From contig OX597839.1 in assembly GCA_951406725.2 (NCBI GenBank), positions 24,180,001-24,244,000 of the forward strand: a stretch of 64,000 bases of DNA, read 5' to 3'. A program made the translations under genes and the position numbers. Below are positions 27,705 through 41,585 of this stretch, one piece after another. How positions within the stretch are numbered: the stretch's first letter is position 1; each line of letters starts with the position of its first letter. Source of the DNA: Octopus vulgaris (taxonomy: Eukaryota). The notes under the pieces are model-generated. The model saw only the letters and a list, made by a program, of their open reading frames with translations. It made no database searches and was not told the origin of the DNA.

Positions 27705-27852
27705 TTATATAACAGGATGTCGTGTATAACCTTTGCTTTTGTAGTCAACGTAACTCGAGGATGTAATTGATACGAGGGGAGGCGGGTGGCGGTGTCCTTT
27801 GAAATGGAATTATATTTTTACTTTGATGTCTGAGTTAGCCCTGATTGATTGG
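27705..27852 (-). promoter_or_regulatory. Candidate Pol II promoter (CCAAT, GC box, TATA)
   Basis: CCAAT 27848-27852, ggggaggcggg 27776-27786 and TTATATAA 27705-27712, in the expected order for minus-strand transcription. Confidence 0.45.
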
Positions 27853-27879
27853 AAAACTTCTTTTTTTTCTTTTCCCTTT

Positions 27880-28083
27880 CCCGTTTACTTGTTTCCGTCA
27901 TTTCACTGCAGCCACTTAAGAGTTTTAGTGAAAAGAAAAACCAACCCCAGGACTTATAAGACCAGCACTTATTCAACTGGTCTCTCTTGCTAAACCATTA
28001 AGCTACAGGGATGTAAACACACCGACACTGGCTGTCAAAACGATGATGGAGAGACAAACAGAAACACCCACACATACATATAC

Positions 28084-28115
<32 letters not shown>

Positions 28116-28487
28116 GCATATATACACACACACACATATATATATACATATATATACACATATACATACATATATATACACACACACATACATATATATA
28201 CACACACATACATATATATACACACACACATACATATATATACACACACACATACATATATATATACACACACATACATATATATAAACACACACATATA
28301 TATATATATATACACACACATATATATATATATATATACACACACATATATATATATACACACACACACATATATATATATACACACACACATATATATA
28401 TATATATATACACACGAAACCGGACTGAAACCGGAACCGTGTGGTCAGTAAGGAAGCTTCTTACCACACAGCCACACCCGCACCTAT
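27880..28487 (-). mobile_element. SINE family A with expanded internal (TA/CA) tract
   Basis: Tail segment 27880-28065, microsatellite to about 28415, head to 28487. Confidence 0.75.
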
Positions 28488-28773
28488 GAAATGAACATTA
28501 CTAAACCAAAATGAAGGACAGCATCGTTAAAGCGCCAGACAACCCCATGCCTTGCAGTATTTGGTCTGTCCCTTTATGCTCTGAGTTCAAATCTCACTTC
28601 AGTCAACTAAACCTACATCCTTCTCCCCACCAGAATTACAATTCTTGTGCTTATGTTAGAAAATAACAATAAATTTCAAATTTTGGCACAAGGCCAGCAA
28701 TTGTGAGGGGGAAGGTGCAAGTTAAATACACTGACTCCTAGTCGTCTACAGGTACCTATTTTATCGACTCCCA

Positions 28774-29030
28774 TGGTGGCAGCAGTGATTGTGATGAAGG
28801 CGGTGGTGAGGGTGGCAGTGGTGAGGGTGGTGGTGGTGATGGTGGTGAGGGTGGCAGTGGTGAGGGTGGTGGTGGTGATGGTGGCGATGGTGATGGTGGT
28901 GATGGTGGCAGTGGTGAGGGTGGCGGTGGTGATGGTGTCAGTGGTGAGGGTGGCGGTGGCGATGAGGGTGGTGGTGGTGTGGTGATGGTGGCGAGGTTGG
29001 CGGTGGTGATGGTGGCGGCAGCAGCAGTGA
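28774..29030. repeat. Degenerate (GGT)n tract
   Basis: Seen directly. Confidence 0.95.
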
Positions 29031-30251
29031 TGTTGCACACTTTGGATGCAAGATTCTTTCATCCAATAATTTGGTAGAAAATAATCAACCTCAACCAAAC
29101 ATTAGAAAATGGATATGTAGATATATAAAAAAATATATTAAAAAAAAACAAAAGAAAAAAAACAACATTTCTTCCTTCTTTGAGGAGAAATATCAGTTCT
29201 GTTTAGAAGACAACATTCAGTCATCAAACTGCCGCCACCACCACCATCATCATTACAACCACTACCATCACCACCACCACCACCACAAACATGAACACTA
29301 AACCACCATCTCCCTCCTCCTCATCTTAAATAAATATACACATGATTGGAGAGTTTGCACAGCTTTCCAACGATATAAGCAGTACACACACGCACAACAA
29401 CAACAACAACACTAATAATAATAATAATAATAATGATAATAATAATAATAATAATAATCATCATCACCATCACGATGAAGAGCTTCTGCTAGCGAGCCAG
29501 GCTGCTGCTTAGAATTATTTCAAACATTTGGGTTGAAAAAAAAACCAAAATTCTTCAACAATCGTGGAAAATTTTGAAAAGCGAAAAACACAGCCATCAA
29601 GTCTAAATAATTGTTATTGATATTTAAAAATATAAAAAAAAAGAGAAGTGGTAGTGCTGGTGGTGGTGGTGAAGGTGGCGGTGTATAAAATATAGTTTTG
29701 CAGATAATTTGATTGAAAGTGTTCAAGAATCAACTCTTGGTTTGGGGCCATGGTGATCTATTATTTAATTTAATAACGACTAAGCGAAGCTAATGTTTGA
29801 AAATTTGGTCGATGAAGCCAACATTCTCTCCTAATTGGCACCACCCACAAGTTTATCAGTTTGTTAGTCATTAATTAGTCGTTAAGTAGGCGTCAGGGAT
29901 GACTGGCGATTGATTTATGAAAACCATTATATTCTTCGTTAACAACTGGAATCGCATCGGTTTCGTTACGTGATGATGATGTGAAAATATGCAGAGATGC
30001 AATATGAAGCCCAAAGACGGGTTTTAATACAGTCTGAAGGAATATGAAGACAACAATGAAACATGGCAAGTTGCAGGAGAAATAAGCAAACATAAAAAGC
30101 AATTAAAACCTAATTACTCCACTCCACACCCTATCAATTAGAAAAGATAATTTTAGAAGTTCTCTCCTCCATATTCCTCTTGTTTACTCAATCGATGAAC
30201 ACGCTGCTATTTAAACACTTTACATCCATCTCGAATTACAGGGTCATCATA

Positions 30252-30691
30252 CAGCCTCACTCAACCCCACTTAAAACAGACGAACCAGCGAGCATGAGGC
30301 ATCCACGTGGTTGTTCTAACATGCTAGACATAGCAGCAGAAATACTGGGCAGTTGGGAAGTTGGCTTTGCAGCGATGATTGTCCGGTTTTAGAGCTGCCT
30401 CTCTCGAGTGGTATCCTGGGCAAGTATCTACCCTCCCAGCCTCGGCCCAACCTTTATTCCTTCGGACATATCAGCCTCACTCAACCCCACTTAAAACAGA
30501 CAAACCAGCGAGCATGAGGCATCCACGTGGTTGTTCCAACATGCTAGACATAGCAGCAGAAATACTGGGCAGTTGGGAAGTTGGCTTTGCAGCGATGATT
30601 GTCTGGTTTTAGAGCTGCCTCTCTCGAGTGGTATCCTGGGCAAGTATCTACCCTCCCAGCCTCGGCCCAACCTTTATTCCTTTGGACATAT
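30252..30691. repeat. Tandem duplication, 2 x 220 bp
   Basis: Units 30252-30471 and 30472-30691; four substitutions seen. Confidence 0.95.
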
Positions 30692-30790
30692 CAATAATTT
30701 CCAAAGTCCAGCCATGTCACGCTGTCGCATACAGGTTATATGAATATTGTAGAATATTCAGTCACTTTGCATGATAATGCAACGAGTAAG

Positions 30791-31200
30791 TTATCTACTA
30801 TATGGCTCAGAAACCTGGACGTTATCAAAGAAGCTTGAGAGGCGGTTGGATGGAACCTACACTCGCCTCCTTATGAGAGCTCAAAATCTCTCGTGGAAGC
30901 GCCATCCAACCAAAATGCAAATATATGGGAAATTACTACCTGTGTCATCTCTTGTGAAAGGTAGGAGAGTCCAGTTTGCTGGACATTGTTGTAGAGCTGA
31001 AAAAGAGGTAATTTCTACTCTTCTCTGGAAGCCATCTACTCGCAATACCAGAGGGCGCACACTCTCCTACCCTGATGTAATCTCCATGGATACAGGCATC
31101 CAACAACAGGACCTCCATAATGCCATGATGGACTGTGAAGTCTGGCATAGCATGGTAAATTCCATTGTCTCGACCACGGTCGAACAATAATGATGATGAT
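30791..31200 (+). mobile_element. RTE-like LINE ORF2 C-terminal fragment, 5'-truncated
   Basis: LLYGSETWTLSKKLERRLDGTYTRLLMRAQNLSW...RRVQFAGHCCR...RGRTLSYPD...AMMDCEVW; (TGA)n tail. Confidence 0.9.
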
Positions 31201-31699
31201 ATCCGCCTGACTGAATAATGTGACACCCAAAACCAATGGCAAGATCCTTCCCATCATTTTACATAATGCCAAGAAGAAAACAATGCAATCCTACTATAAA
31301 GAAGTGACTGCCATGGCTGGAATACAATTCATCATCGGTGTGCTCAGTCAGGAATGACCTGGGGCTAAACAAAAATCTGAAAGAAAATATTATCATAAGC
31401 CGCCTCAGTTCTTTTTACCTCTCTTTCCATTGCCAGCTCGATTGCGCCCCGCCCCGTGCCACTCCCCCTATTACCACTTTTGATGCCGATCCACCCGAGA
31501 CCACCCCTTGGCTCTACGAAACAAGAAGCCAGCCATTTATGAGTGCATGCATGGGTGCACGTCTGTACTAATGTTTGCCTCCCAGCTATTGCATGACAAC
31601 CAGTGTTGGTTTGTTTGCATCCCTGTAACTCAGCAGTTCAGCAAAAGAGACCAATACAGCCCCAGCATGGTCGCAGTCTAATGACCAAGGAAAAAGTAT

Positions 31700-32180
31700 A
31701 TATTCTTTCACTTCTTACAGTTATTTGAATGCGACCATACTGGAGCGCCACCTTAAAGGGATTTTTTTAGTCAAAAGAAATTGACCCCAGGCCTTATTCT
31801 TTGTAAACCTGGTACTGATTCTATTGTTCTCTTTTGCCAAACCACTAAGTTACAGGGACATAAACACACCAACATCAGTTGTCAAGTGGTGGTGGTGGGG
31901 GGACAAATAGACACCCACACCTATATATATACATACACACACACACATATATATACACATTTCTATATACATATATATACGCGCATGCACACACACACAC
32001 ACACATATACATACACACAGCAGGCTTCTTTCAGTTTCCATCTAACAAATCCTCTCACAAGGCTTTGGTCGGCCTGAGGCTATAGTAGAAGACACTTGCC
32101 CAAGGTGCCACTCAATGAGACTAAACACAGAATCATGTGGTTGGGAAGCAAGCTACTTACCACACAGCCACTCCTGCACC
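31700..32180 (-). mobile_element. SINE family A, older copy
   Basis: Tail, microsatellite and head all present but diverged; another old copy at about 32605-32960. Confidence 0.8.
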
Positions 32181-33145
32181 TCCACACAGCCACACCCGTG
32201 TGTGCATGCGCGCGTGCGCACACACACACATACACAAAGCAAGCATAAGAATGCGGTCTCTTGTAAAGCCCCGACCCATTTCTAAGAAGTGGGCAGGTGT
32301 TTTAATGGAATGATGCCACGCAAATTAGCATCGGAAAGAGGAGAGAAGAGCCAGTAACCACGTAAACAGACAGGGAGATGATAACAACCAAGTTACAAGC
32401 ATTCAACAGTCGGTTATCAGATATGAAGCGCTGTTTGGTTGGAGATTCCAACTTCAATGGTTCTCGAGGTTTTCACCGTTCAACAGGTTAATAGCAAAAC
32501 TGACAGAGCAAATACAGGCTGCTGCGAGATTGATGTTGCTGATGATGAGGGCTCGAAACAAAATATTAATGACGGATACACCCAAAGCTTATCATATCTC
32601 ATATCTTTTTGTTTCAGCCATAAGACTGCGGCCATGCTGGGGCAATTGTTTGAAGGATCTTTTGCTAAACAAATTGACCGCGGTAATTATGTTTTATTTC
32701 TAAACCTAGTACTTATTCTATCAGCCTCTTTTGCTGAACTGCTATGTTATAGGGATCTAAACACACCAACACCAGTTGGCAAGCAGTAGTGGGGGGGTGG
32801 GAGGCAAACACACGACACAGGCTTCTTTCAGTTTCCATGGACTGAATCCCCTCGCAAGGCCTTAGTTGGCCTGAGGCTAAGATACTTGCCCGAGGTGCCA
32901 CACAGTGGGGCTGAACCTGGAACCATGTGGCTGGGAAGCAAACTTCTTACCACACAGCCAGGCCTTATTGCTTCTTTTTAGAATATCATTCTAGGATAAA
33001 TGCAAGAGGCTGGATATGACTCTATATTCAGCCTCTGGTGTCAACATAAAACAAGCAGAATATTTTGGAGAAACTTTCAAGAGGGAACTCGAATGTGGAA
33101 CCTAAAAACAGAAACAATTCCTATTCTAGTGGGCACATTAGGTAT

Positions 33146-33351
33146 ACTCTTTTACTCTTTTACTTGTTTCAGTCATTTGACTGCGGCCATGCTGGAGCAC
33201 CGCCTTTTAGTCAAGCAAATCGACCCCAGGACTTATTCTTTGTAAGCCTAGTACTTATTCTATCGGTCTCTTTTGCCTAACCGCTAAGTTACGGGGACGT
33301 AAACATACCAGCATCGGTTGTCAAGCGATGTTGGGGGGACAAACACATATA

Positions 33352-33390
<39 letters not shown>

Positions 33391-33913
33391 ATAAATGAAG
33401 GCGCATGGCTCAGTGGTTAGAGCGTTGAGCTTACGATCGTGAGGTTGTGAGCTCGAATCCCGGACCGGGCTGCGTGTTGTGTTCTTGAGCAAGGCACTTT
33501 ATTTCACGTTGCTCCAGTTCACTCAGCTGTAGAAATGAGTTGCGACGTCACTGGTGCCAAGCTGTATCGACCTTTGTCTTTCCCTTGGATAACACCGGTG
33601 GCGTGGAGAGGGGAGGCCGGTATGCATGGGCACTGCTGGTCTTCCATAAACAACCTTGCCCGGACTTGTGTCTAGGAGGGTAACTTTCTAGGTGCAATCC
33701 CATGGTCATTCATGACCGATGGGGGTCTTTTATATATATATATATATATATATATGACAGGCTTCTTTCAGTTTCCGTCTACCAGATCCACTCACAAGGC
33801 TTTGGTCGGCCCAAGGATATAGTAGAAGACACTTTCCCAAGGTGCCACACAGTGGGACTGAACCCGGAACCGTGTGGTTGGCAAGCAAGCTACTTACCAC
33901 ACAGCCACTCCTG
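33146..33913 (-). mobile_element. SINE family A carrying a nested family C copy
   Basis: Tail half 33146-33350 and head half 33755-33913. Confidence 0.9.
33397..33730 (+). mobile_element. SINE family C, full length (tail 1)
   Basis: tRNA-like head ggcgcatggctcagtggttagagcg...gagctcgaatccc; inserted in (TA)n. Confidence 0.9.
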
Positions 33914-34139
33914 ATAAAAAGTATTCAGACAAATACATAACAAAAACACCAGGACTAACAAATATATATATAACATACAGAATACTAGGCACTGCAAGCC
34001 TCCTACGTAAAACACTTTCAATACAGTAACCATAAGAGCATCACAACAAACCACAGCCCATACTCCAAGGCACACAGAGGTGCGCTCGGTAGTGCAGTGA
34101 AAGCACATGATAAAAATAGGACTATTGAATAACGACACC

Positions 34140-34415
34140 AATGGAGAAGGTTAAAGGTTGAGCCTATATTAATTGGTGTGTGGGGAATAGTAAGCCAAGG
34201 TATAGACAAATGGCTGAAGGAGATTCAAATAGGATGCCTGGTAGAGCTCCGACAGAAAGTTTGTCTCTTAGGGACAGCAAAGGTTATCATATCAGAAAGG
34301 TTCTAAGCACTTGAAAGACTGCAAAAATCTTGTGGATACCTGAGGTTACAGGTAGTAACCTGCTACCCAAAGTAAATACTACCAGGAATAACACCGAACC
34401 TGAGCCAAACCAAAA
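34140..34415 (+). mobile_element. Second R4/Dong-like LINE 3' fragment
   Basis: VEPILIGVWGIVSQGIDKWLKEIQI...QKVCLLGTAKVI..RKVLST*. Confidence 0.7.
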
Positions 34416-35556
34416 TAATCCTTCCTACTAGAGAGGCACAAGGCCTGAAATTTTGGGGGAGGGGTCCAGTCGATTATATCAACCCCAGTGTTTTACTGGT
34501 ACTTAATTTATCAACTCCGAAAGGATGAAAGGCAAAGTTAACCTCGGCAGAATTTGAACTCTGAACATAGCAGTAGATGAAATACAATTAAGCACTTCAC
34601 CCGCTTCTGCCAGATCACCACCTTAATAATAACAATAATAATAATGATGATGATAATCTATATTAGGGTTTTCTTAATAAAATGATGTTAACTGTATCGT
34701 TTTGCGAGGAGGGAGATATAACAGTAAGAAATTAACCAAAATTACAATTTAATTATAACAACACTAATTATTATCAGTTTTTGAAGAATTTTAAATTGAT
34801 TTAAATCAAGTCATGTTTTTCATAAATTGATTTAAAACCAAATCATGTTTCGGCTTTAATATTTCGCTAACGACGAAAAGAAACAAAACTGAAATCATTA
34901 GTAGTTGATAGGGGTTACAAGTGTTAAAAATAGAAAAAAAGAAAAGCAAAAAAAAAAAAATTAATTAATTACAATCTGCAGAAAATAAAAAAAAAAAAAA
35001 AAGAGAAATTTAATACATATTTTGAAACCAACTGTAGAAAACAAATTAATTAGTGACATGCTTCAGTGTATAAAATCATTTTGCAGGGGGATGGTCGTTT
35101 ATTACTCGGTGATCAAACGATAATCAAAAATAAACTGTCATGTTTTAATTAAGTCAAATATAATAACTAATTGTGGAAACATGTGGCTTAGTGGTTAGAG
35201 TGTAGCATTCATGACTGTGGGATTGCGGTTTCAATTCCCGGACTAGTGTTGCATTGTGTCTACGAGCCAAAAGACTGTTCCATGTTGCTGCAGGCCACTC
35301 AACCGTAAACGAGTGACCCTGCGACTGACTGGTATGTTGGCCTGCCCTCTTTCCTACCCAGCAGGGTGGTATCTCATTCAAAAGCTATAACAATGTGAGG
35401 AAGCGCACTGTGACCAGCAGTGTGTGACAACATTCAATAATCTGCTAAGTTAAAAATGTTGGGGCAAGAACCAGGGGAAGTTGAGGTTTCTAAGAGAGAG
35501 CAAAAAGACTACAATGAAAATTATTATTATATCTGTGGGTTTAGTTTACCATTTAC

Positions 35557-35808
35557 TCATCATCATCATCATCATCGTTTAACGTCCGTTCTCCATGCTA
35601 GCATGGGTTGGACGGTTCGACCGGGGATCTGGGAAGCCAGAAGGCTGCACCAGGCTCCAGTCTTATCTGGCAATGTTTCTACAGCTGGATGCCCTTCCTA
35701 ACGCCAACCACTCCGTGAGTGTAGTGGCTGCTTTTTACGTGCCACCCGCACAGGTGACAGGCGAGGCTGGCAACGGCCACGGTCGGATTGGTGTATTTTA
35801 TGTGCCGT
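35557..35808 (-). mobile_element. Family D copy
   Basis: (CAT)n tail and conserved D motifs. Confidence 0.85.
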
Positions 35809-35856
35809 CTGCGGCCATGCTGGGGCACTGTCCTGAAGTATTTAGCCAAACAAATA

Positions 35857-36247
35857 CAGTAGAACATCGCAGTACAAGTGCCCCATTGTACGAGTAATTT
35901 GCTGTACGATCCATGACTCGTGTGAATTTTTGTCTCGAAGTGCGATCAGAAATCCACAGTACGACCACAAAAATCGTCCCATCTTTCAGGTAATTCAGTG
36001 AATAAAACCAGTTTACATATTTCTTTTGCATTTTCCTTTTTTCTATAATTGTCATTTTACTTGTAACTACACCTTTTCTGTTTTAAAACCCACAGAAAAT
36101 TATTTTGGGGTGGTTTTGGGGGGACTGAAATGGATTAATTATATTTTAGTTAATTTCAAATGGGGAAAACTGATTTGTAAAACGAGTAAATCGTTAAGAC
36201 GAGCTCAGTCAGGGAACGAATTAAACTCATACTGTGTGGTATCAATG
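35857..36247. mobile_element. Tigger/pogo-like MITE
   Basis: TA|cagtagaacatcgcagtac ... actcatactgtgtggtatcaatg|TA; second partial copy at 61918-62185. Confidence 0.75.
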
Positions 36248-37469
36248 TACTTGCTTTTTTTTAAAAGCCTGATACTATTCTATTGTCCTTTTTTTCACAC
36301 CAAGTACTTAGTTACAGGGAATGTCACCAAACCAACAGCGGTTGTCAAGCAATGGTGGGGTGGCAAACAGACACATACACTGTCTAACAGCTGTCTGCCC
36401 CTAAGTAGGTCCTCTACATGTGAACCGCCTCCAGTATTCTCTATATTGGCCCCAGGAGGGCCTGTGCCCACGTCTGCCATTGTTACATAGATTACTGGTA
36501 CGACTAGTCCTAAGATCAATACTTGCGTGGTTTCCTGTTGTCTTCTCCAGGAAGGTGGGATTTGAACTCAGAATGTAGAGGGCCGGAAGAGATACTACAA
36601 AGCATCTCTGCCGATGTGCCAATGATTCTGCAATTCTCCCACCTGCAGAGCAAAGTGAAATGAAGAGTTTTGCTCAAGGTCACAATGTACCACCCAATCC
36701 AGGAACCAAACCCACAACCCAGCAATTCTGAGTGTCACACCCTAATCACTAGGCCACACAATGTGCCTTCACATGAGTGCATGGGTGGTGTGTGAATGTG
36801 GGCATGTGTGTGGGTGTGCATGTGATGGGCTTCTTTCAGATTCTGTCAACCAAATTCACTCACAAAATCTTAACACTCATCCAGAGTCCCACAATAGGAC
36901 TGAACCTGGAACCATGCAATTGAGAAGCAAACTGCTTACCACACAGCCACACTGTTTCCTAAGAATCTACTTTGCTCTACTAATCTCATCATTAATAACT
37001 TAACAGCAACAACGATGCTGATTCTACATTGATTTGTTTCTATTCTGTTCTGAACATGAAATATAAAAGCCGAAGATTCCACTACATTTTATAACCATTG
37101 CAATAAAATAAGAGTTTAACCTCTCTAAACATTAACAAAACAACAAGTGCTTCTGTGCAAACAATTCAATGTCTCTACATTGATCAAACTCATGACACAC
37201 AGACCGACAACTTACTAGGTTAACACAGCAACAAAATTGATCTCTCCTGCATAATAATCTATGACTAAAATACACAAGGATGAACAAAAGTAGGCAGACA
37301 GCTGCTCGGATTAAAGCATTCACTCACAAGTCCCCAGAAATCAAAAATGAGGGCTTCCAATGAACTAGGCATCTCCTACAGGTCCCTTCCTTGACTTTGA
37401 AAGGTTTACAAAAGAAATAGAGAAACAGAAAGAATATTCTACTCATATTAAGCAACTGTACACCTTTTA

Positions 37470-38060
37470 GTGGAAGTGCATGGCTTAGTGGTTAGGGAGT
37501 TGGACTCATCATCATCATCATCATCATCGTTTAGCATCCGCTTTCCATGCTGGCATGGGTTGGACGGTTCAACTGGGGTCTGGGAAGCCAGGAGGCTGCA
37601 CCAGGCCCAGTTTCTATGGCTGGATGCCCTTCCTAACGCCAACCACTCCGTGAGTGTAGTTGATGCTTTTTTATGTGCCACCGGCACGGAGGCCAGGCAA
37701 GGCTGGCAACGGCCATGATCAGATGGTGCTTTTTACGTGCCACTGGCACGGAGGCCAGTCGGGGCAGCGCTGGCAACGGCCACATTCGGATGGTTCTCTT
37801 ACGTGCCACCGGCACTGGTATCACAGCTACAATTTCCATTGATGTTGATCGATTTTGACTTTGTTCAATTCCTGGACTGGGGAACGCATTGTGTTCTTGA
37901 GCAAAACACTTCATTTCACATTGCTCCAGTCCACTCAGCTGGCAAAAAAGAGTGATCCTGTGAGGGACTGGCATCCCATCCAGGTGCAGAATTTATACGT
38001 CACGAAACCTGGAAATTGGCCTTTATGAGTCAGTGTGACTCGAGAGGGCAATTTTATCTT
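37470..38060 (+). mobile_element. SINE family C interrupted by a minus-strand family D copy (37508-37860)
   Basis: C head stops at ggactcat, D copy follows, then C resumes at ttcaattcctggactgg. Confidence 0.75.
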
Positions 38061-38102
38061 TTTACTTTTCTACCTTTTGTGCAACCCTGAATATATTTAT
38101 AT

Positions 38103-38501
38103 CAGGAGTGGCTGTGTGGTAAGTAGCTTGCTAACCAACCACATGGTTCCGGGTTCAGTCCCACTGCGTGACATCTTGGGCAAGTGTCTTCTGCTATAGC
38201 CCCGGGCCGACCAATGCCTTGTGAGTGGATTTGGTAGATGGAAACTGAAAGAAGCCTGTGGCATATATCTATATATTTATGTTTGTGTTTGTGTGTCTGT
38301 GTTTGTCCCCCCTAGCATTGCTTGACAACCGATGCTGGTGTGTTTACGTCCCCGTCACTTAGCGGTTCGGCAAAAAGAGACCGATAGAATAAGTACTGGG
38401 CTTACAAAGAATATGTCCCGGGGTCGATTTGCTCGACAAAAGGCGGTGCTCCAGCATGGCCGCAGTCAAATGACTGAAACAAGTACAAAAAAAAAAAAAA
38501 A
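38103..38501 (+). mobile_element. SINE family A, near full length
   Basis: Matches 47387-47805; an older copy follows at about 38618-39008. Confidence 0.9.
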
Positions 38502-39087
38502 TGTACATGTACACATGAACAAGATACAGTTTACTCCTCTGGTCTGTACTCGTGCTACGCTAATGTTATGTCTGAATTTGCCAAGAGAGACTTTGTGGGA
38601 AGTACTATTCAATATACAGCTGTGTGGTAAAAAGTTTGCTTCCCAACCACATGGTTCTGGGTTCAATCCCACTGCTTGGCACCTTGGGCAAGTCACTTCT
38701 AAAATAACCATGGGCCAACCAGAGCATTATGAAAGGATTTGGTCGATGGAAACTGAAAGAAGCCCATTTATACACACACACACATATATATATGACATAA
38801 TATATGTGCCTGATTTTGTCCACTACTGCTTGACAACCAGTGTTGGTGTGTTTACATCCCTGTAACTTAGCAGTTCAACAAAAGACACCGATAGGGTAAG
38901 TACCAGGCTTTAAAAAAAAAGTACTGGAGTCGATTCATTTGACCAAAAACTCTTCAAGACGGTGCCCCAGCATGGCCGCAATCCAATGACAGACACAAGT
39001 GAAAGATACAGGACTATCCACATTAGATTAGAAAACAAAAACAAAACATGCAACCACACACACACATATCTGTGTGTGTGTTTTTAG

Positions 39088-39775
<688 letters not shown>

Positions 39776-39861
39776 CTGTCAATAAAATATAAAAATGTTT
39801 TCAAAACCACCATTCATGCAGTTTCTTTTATCAATCCTACATACATCAATACACACACACA

Positions 39862-39900
<39 letters not shown>

Positions 39901-40275
39901 ACACACACACACACACACTCATATAAATGGGAATATAACTTTTAGTAGCTTAGCCCGCTGTTGATTCCAAGCTAACATTTGATTAATTCAGTTTAGAAAG
40001 TTGCAACAACAGAGAGGGTGGGGAGGAGGTTGCAGAGGCGGCAGTGGTGGTGGTGGTGGTGGTGGTAGTAGTGGTGGTGGCTGGGCATGGTGGGGTGGGC
40101 CAGTTGAACGCTATAATTTGAGATCAATCAGGGATAAAAGAAAGACTAGCAAGCCATCTCTAACAATCTAACAATCAATACAAAGCTGTAACAGACGTCA
40201 ACAAGCAATCAAATATGACAAATATCCACACAGAAATATTGAATTTCCACTGAAGGATATGATGGCGCTGGGAGG

Positions 40276-40317
<42 letters not shown>

Positions 40318-40804
40318 GTTAGATCTCCTGGGTGAGGGCAGCGACCAGCAGATGAGGCGAAGGCAAGCATCCACTCACTGAGGAGATCCAACACTTTGCT
40401 GGGTGGACTTTGGGGATTTCCCATGACCACTACTACTTTACAAGCGAACAAGAATGTCTTAATGCAGTTGCTTGACTCTCCAAAGCACACCACAGTATCT
40501 TTTAGTGGTGGGGTACCAGGCTGTATATTGCAGTCCATGGGGTGCACAACTGTCTGGAATGGTCAATCACACAAGATCTGGAGCTCAACAATATTCAGCA
40601 ATTTTATTCTAAAATCTTTCACCCTTTAGCAATTAAATTACTCAATCAAACACAAAACTTATTCATTCCCACTGCTTTCAATTAATCATGCAATTATCTC
40701 ATAGCTCTGAGATTTCAATGATGTCACTGTTTTCAGAATAACAGTGCAGGGAAGGTGTGAGAGGCTGGATAAAGCAGGTTGAACATTTAATATATGTATA
40801 TATA

Positions 40805-41289
40805 TATTTCATTGTTGCCCACAGGGAGCTAAACATAGAGCGGACAAACAAAGGCAAAGGGACTAAGTCGATTACATCGACCCCAGTGCATAACTGGTAC
40901 TTATTTTAATCGGCCCCAAAAGGATGAAAGGCAAAGTTGATCTCAGTGGAATTTGAACTCAGAACGTAATGGAAGACGAAATACCACTAAGCATTTCGCC
41001 AATAAGCAATTCTGCCAGCTTGCCACCCTTCATATATGTATATATTACTGACATGTGTATATATATATATATATATATATATTTCTTTACTGCCCACAAG
41101 GGGCTAAACACAGAGGGGACAAACGGATTAAGTCGATTACATCGACCCCAGTGCATAACTGGTACTTATTTAATCGACCCCGAAAGGATGAAAGGCAAAG
41201 TCGACCTCGGCGGAATTTGAACTCAAAACGTAGCGGCAGACGAAATACGGCTAAGCATTTCGCCCGGCATGCTAACGATTCTGCCAGCT
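40805..41289 (-). mobile_element. Two SINE family B copies separated by (TA)n
   Basis: About 40805-41030 and 41080-41289; another copy at 42063-42295. Confidence 0.85.
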
Positions 41290-41585
41290 ATATATCAATC
41301 ATTAACATTAACGCTTTAGCATTCAGATTACAGTCAAATGTAAAGATTATGTTCTTTTAATTAATTATGCATTATCTTGTAGCTTTGAGATTTCAGTGAT
41401 GTGAGAATGGCATTGTAGGGTAGGTGGGCGAGGTTGGATGTGGTCAATCTGAACACAAAACAGGTTGAATATCTGGACTGGATAAGGTGCGTTTAAATGC
41501 TAAACATATGATAGGATCAGTTACAATGTGTACTGTTAGTACTGTTAAAAAAGTTTCAATCAACTGAGCTTGTTCTTTTTTTTTT

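Larger units (their letters stand above)
33068..34132 (+). mobile_element. R4/Dong-clade LINE 3' end split by nested SINEs
   Basis: TRMWNLKTETIPILVGTLG (to 33145) continues as (M)IKKYSDKYITKTPGLTNI...LGTASLLRKTLSIQ* from 33913. Confidence 0.8.

Noticed and set aside
28676-29098. Mucin-like or extensin-like Thr/Pro-rich ORFs
   Set aside because: Degenerate (GGT)n repeat with no splice or start context.
33397-33470. Apparent tRNA gene (also at 58518)
   Set aside because: A/B boxes run directly into SINE core and tail, there are many diverged copies, and one copy has a TSD; these are SINE heads.
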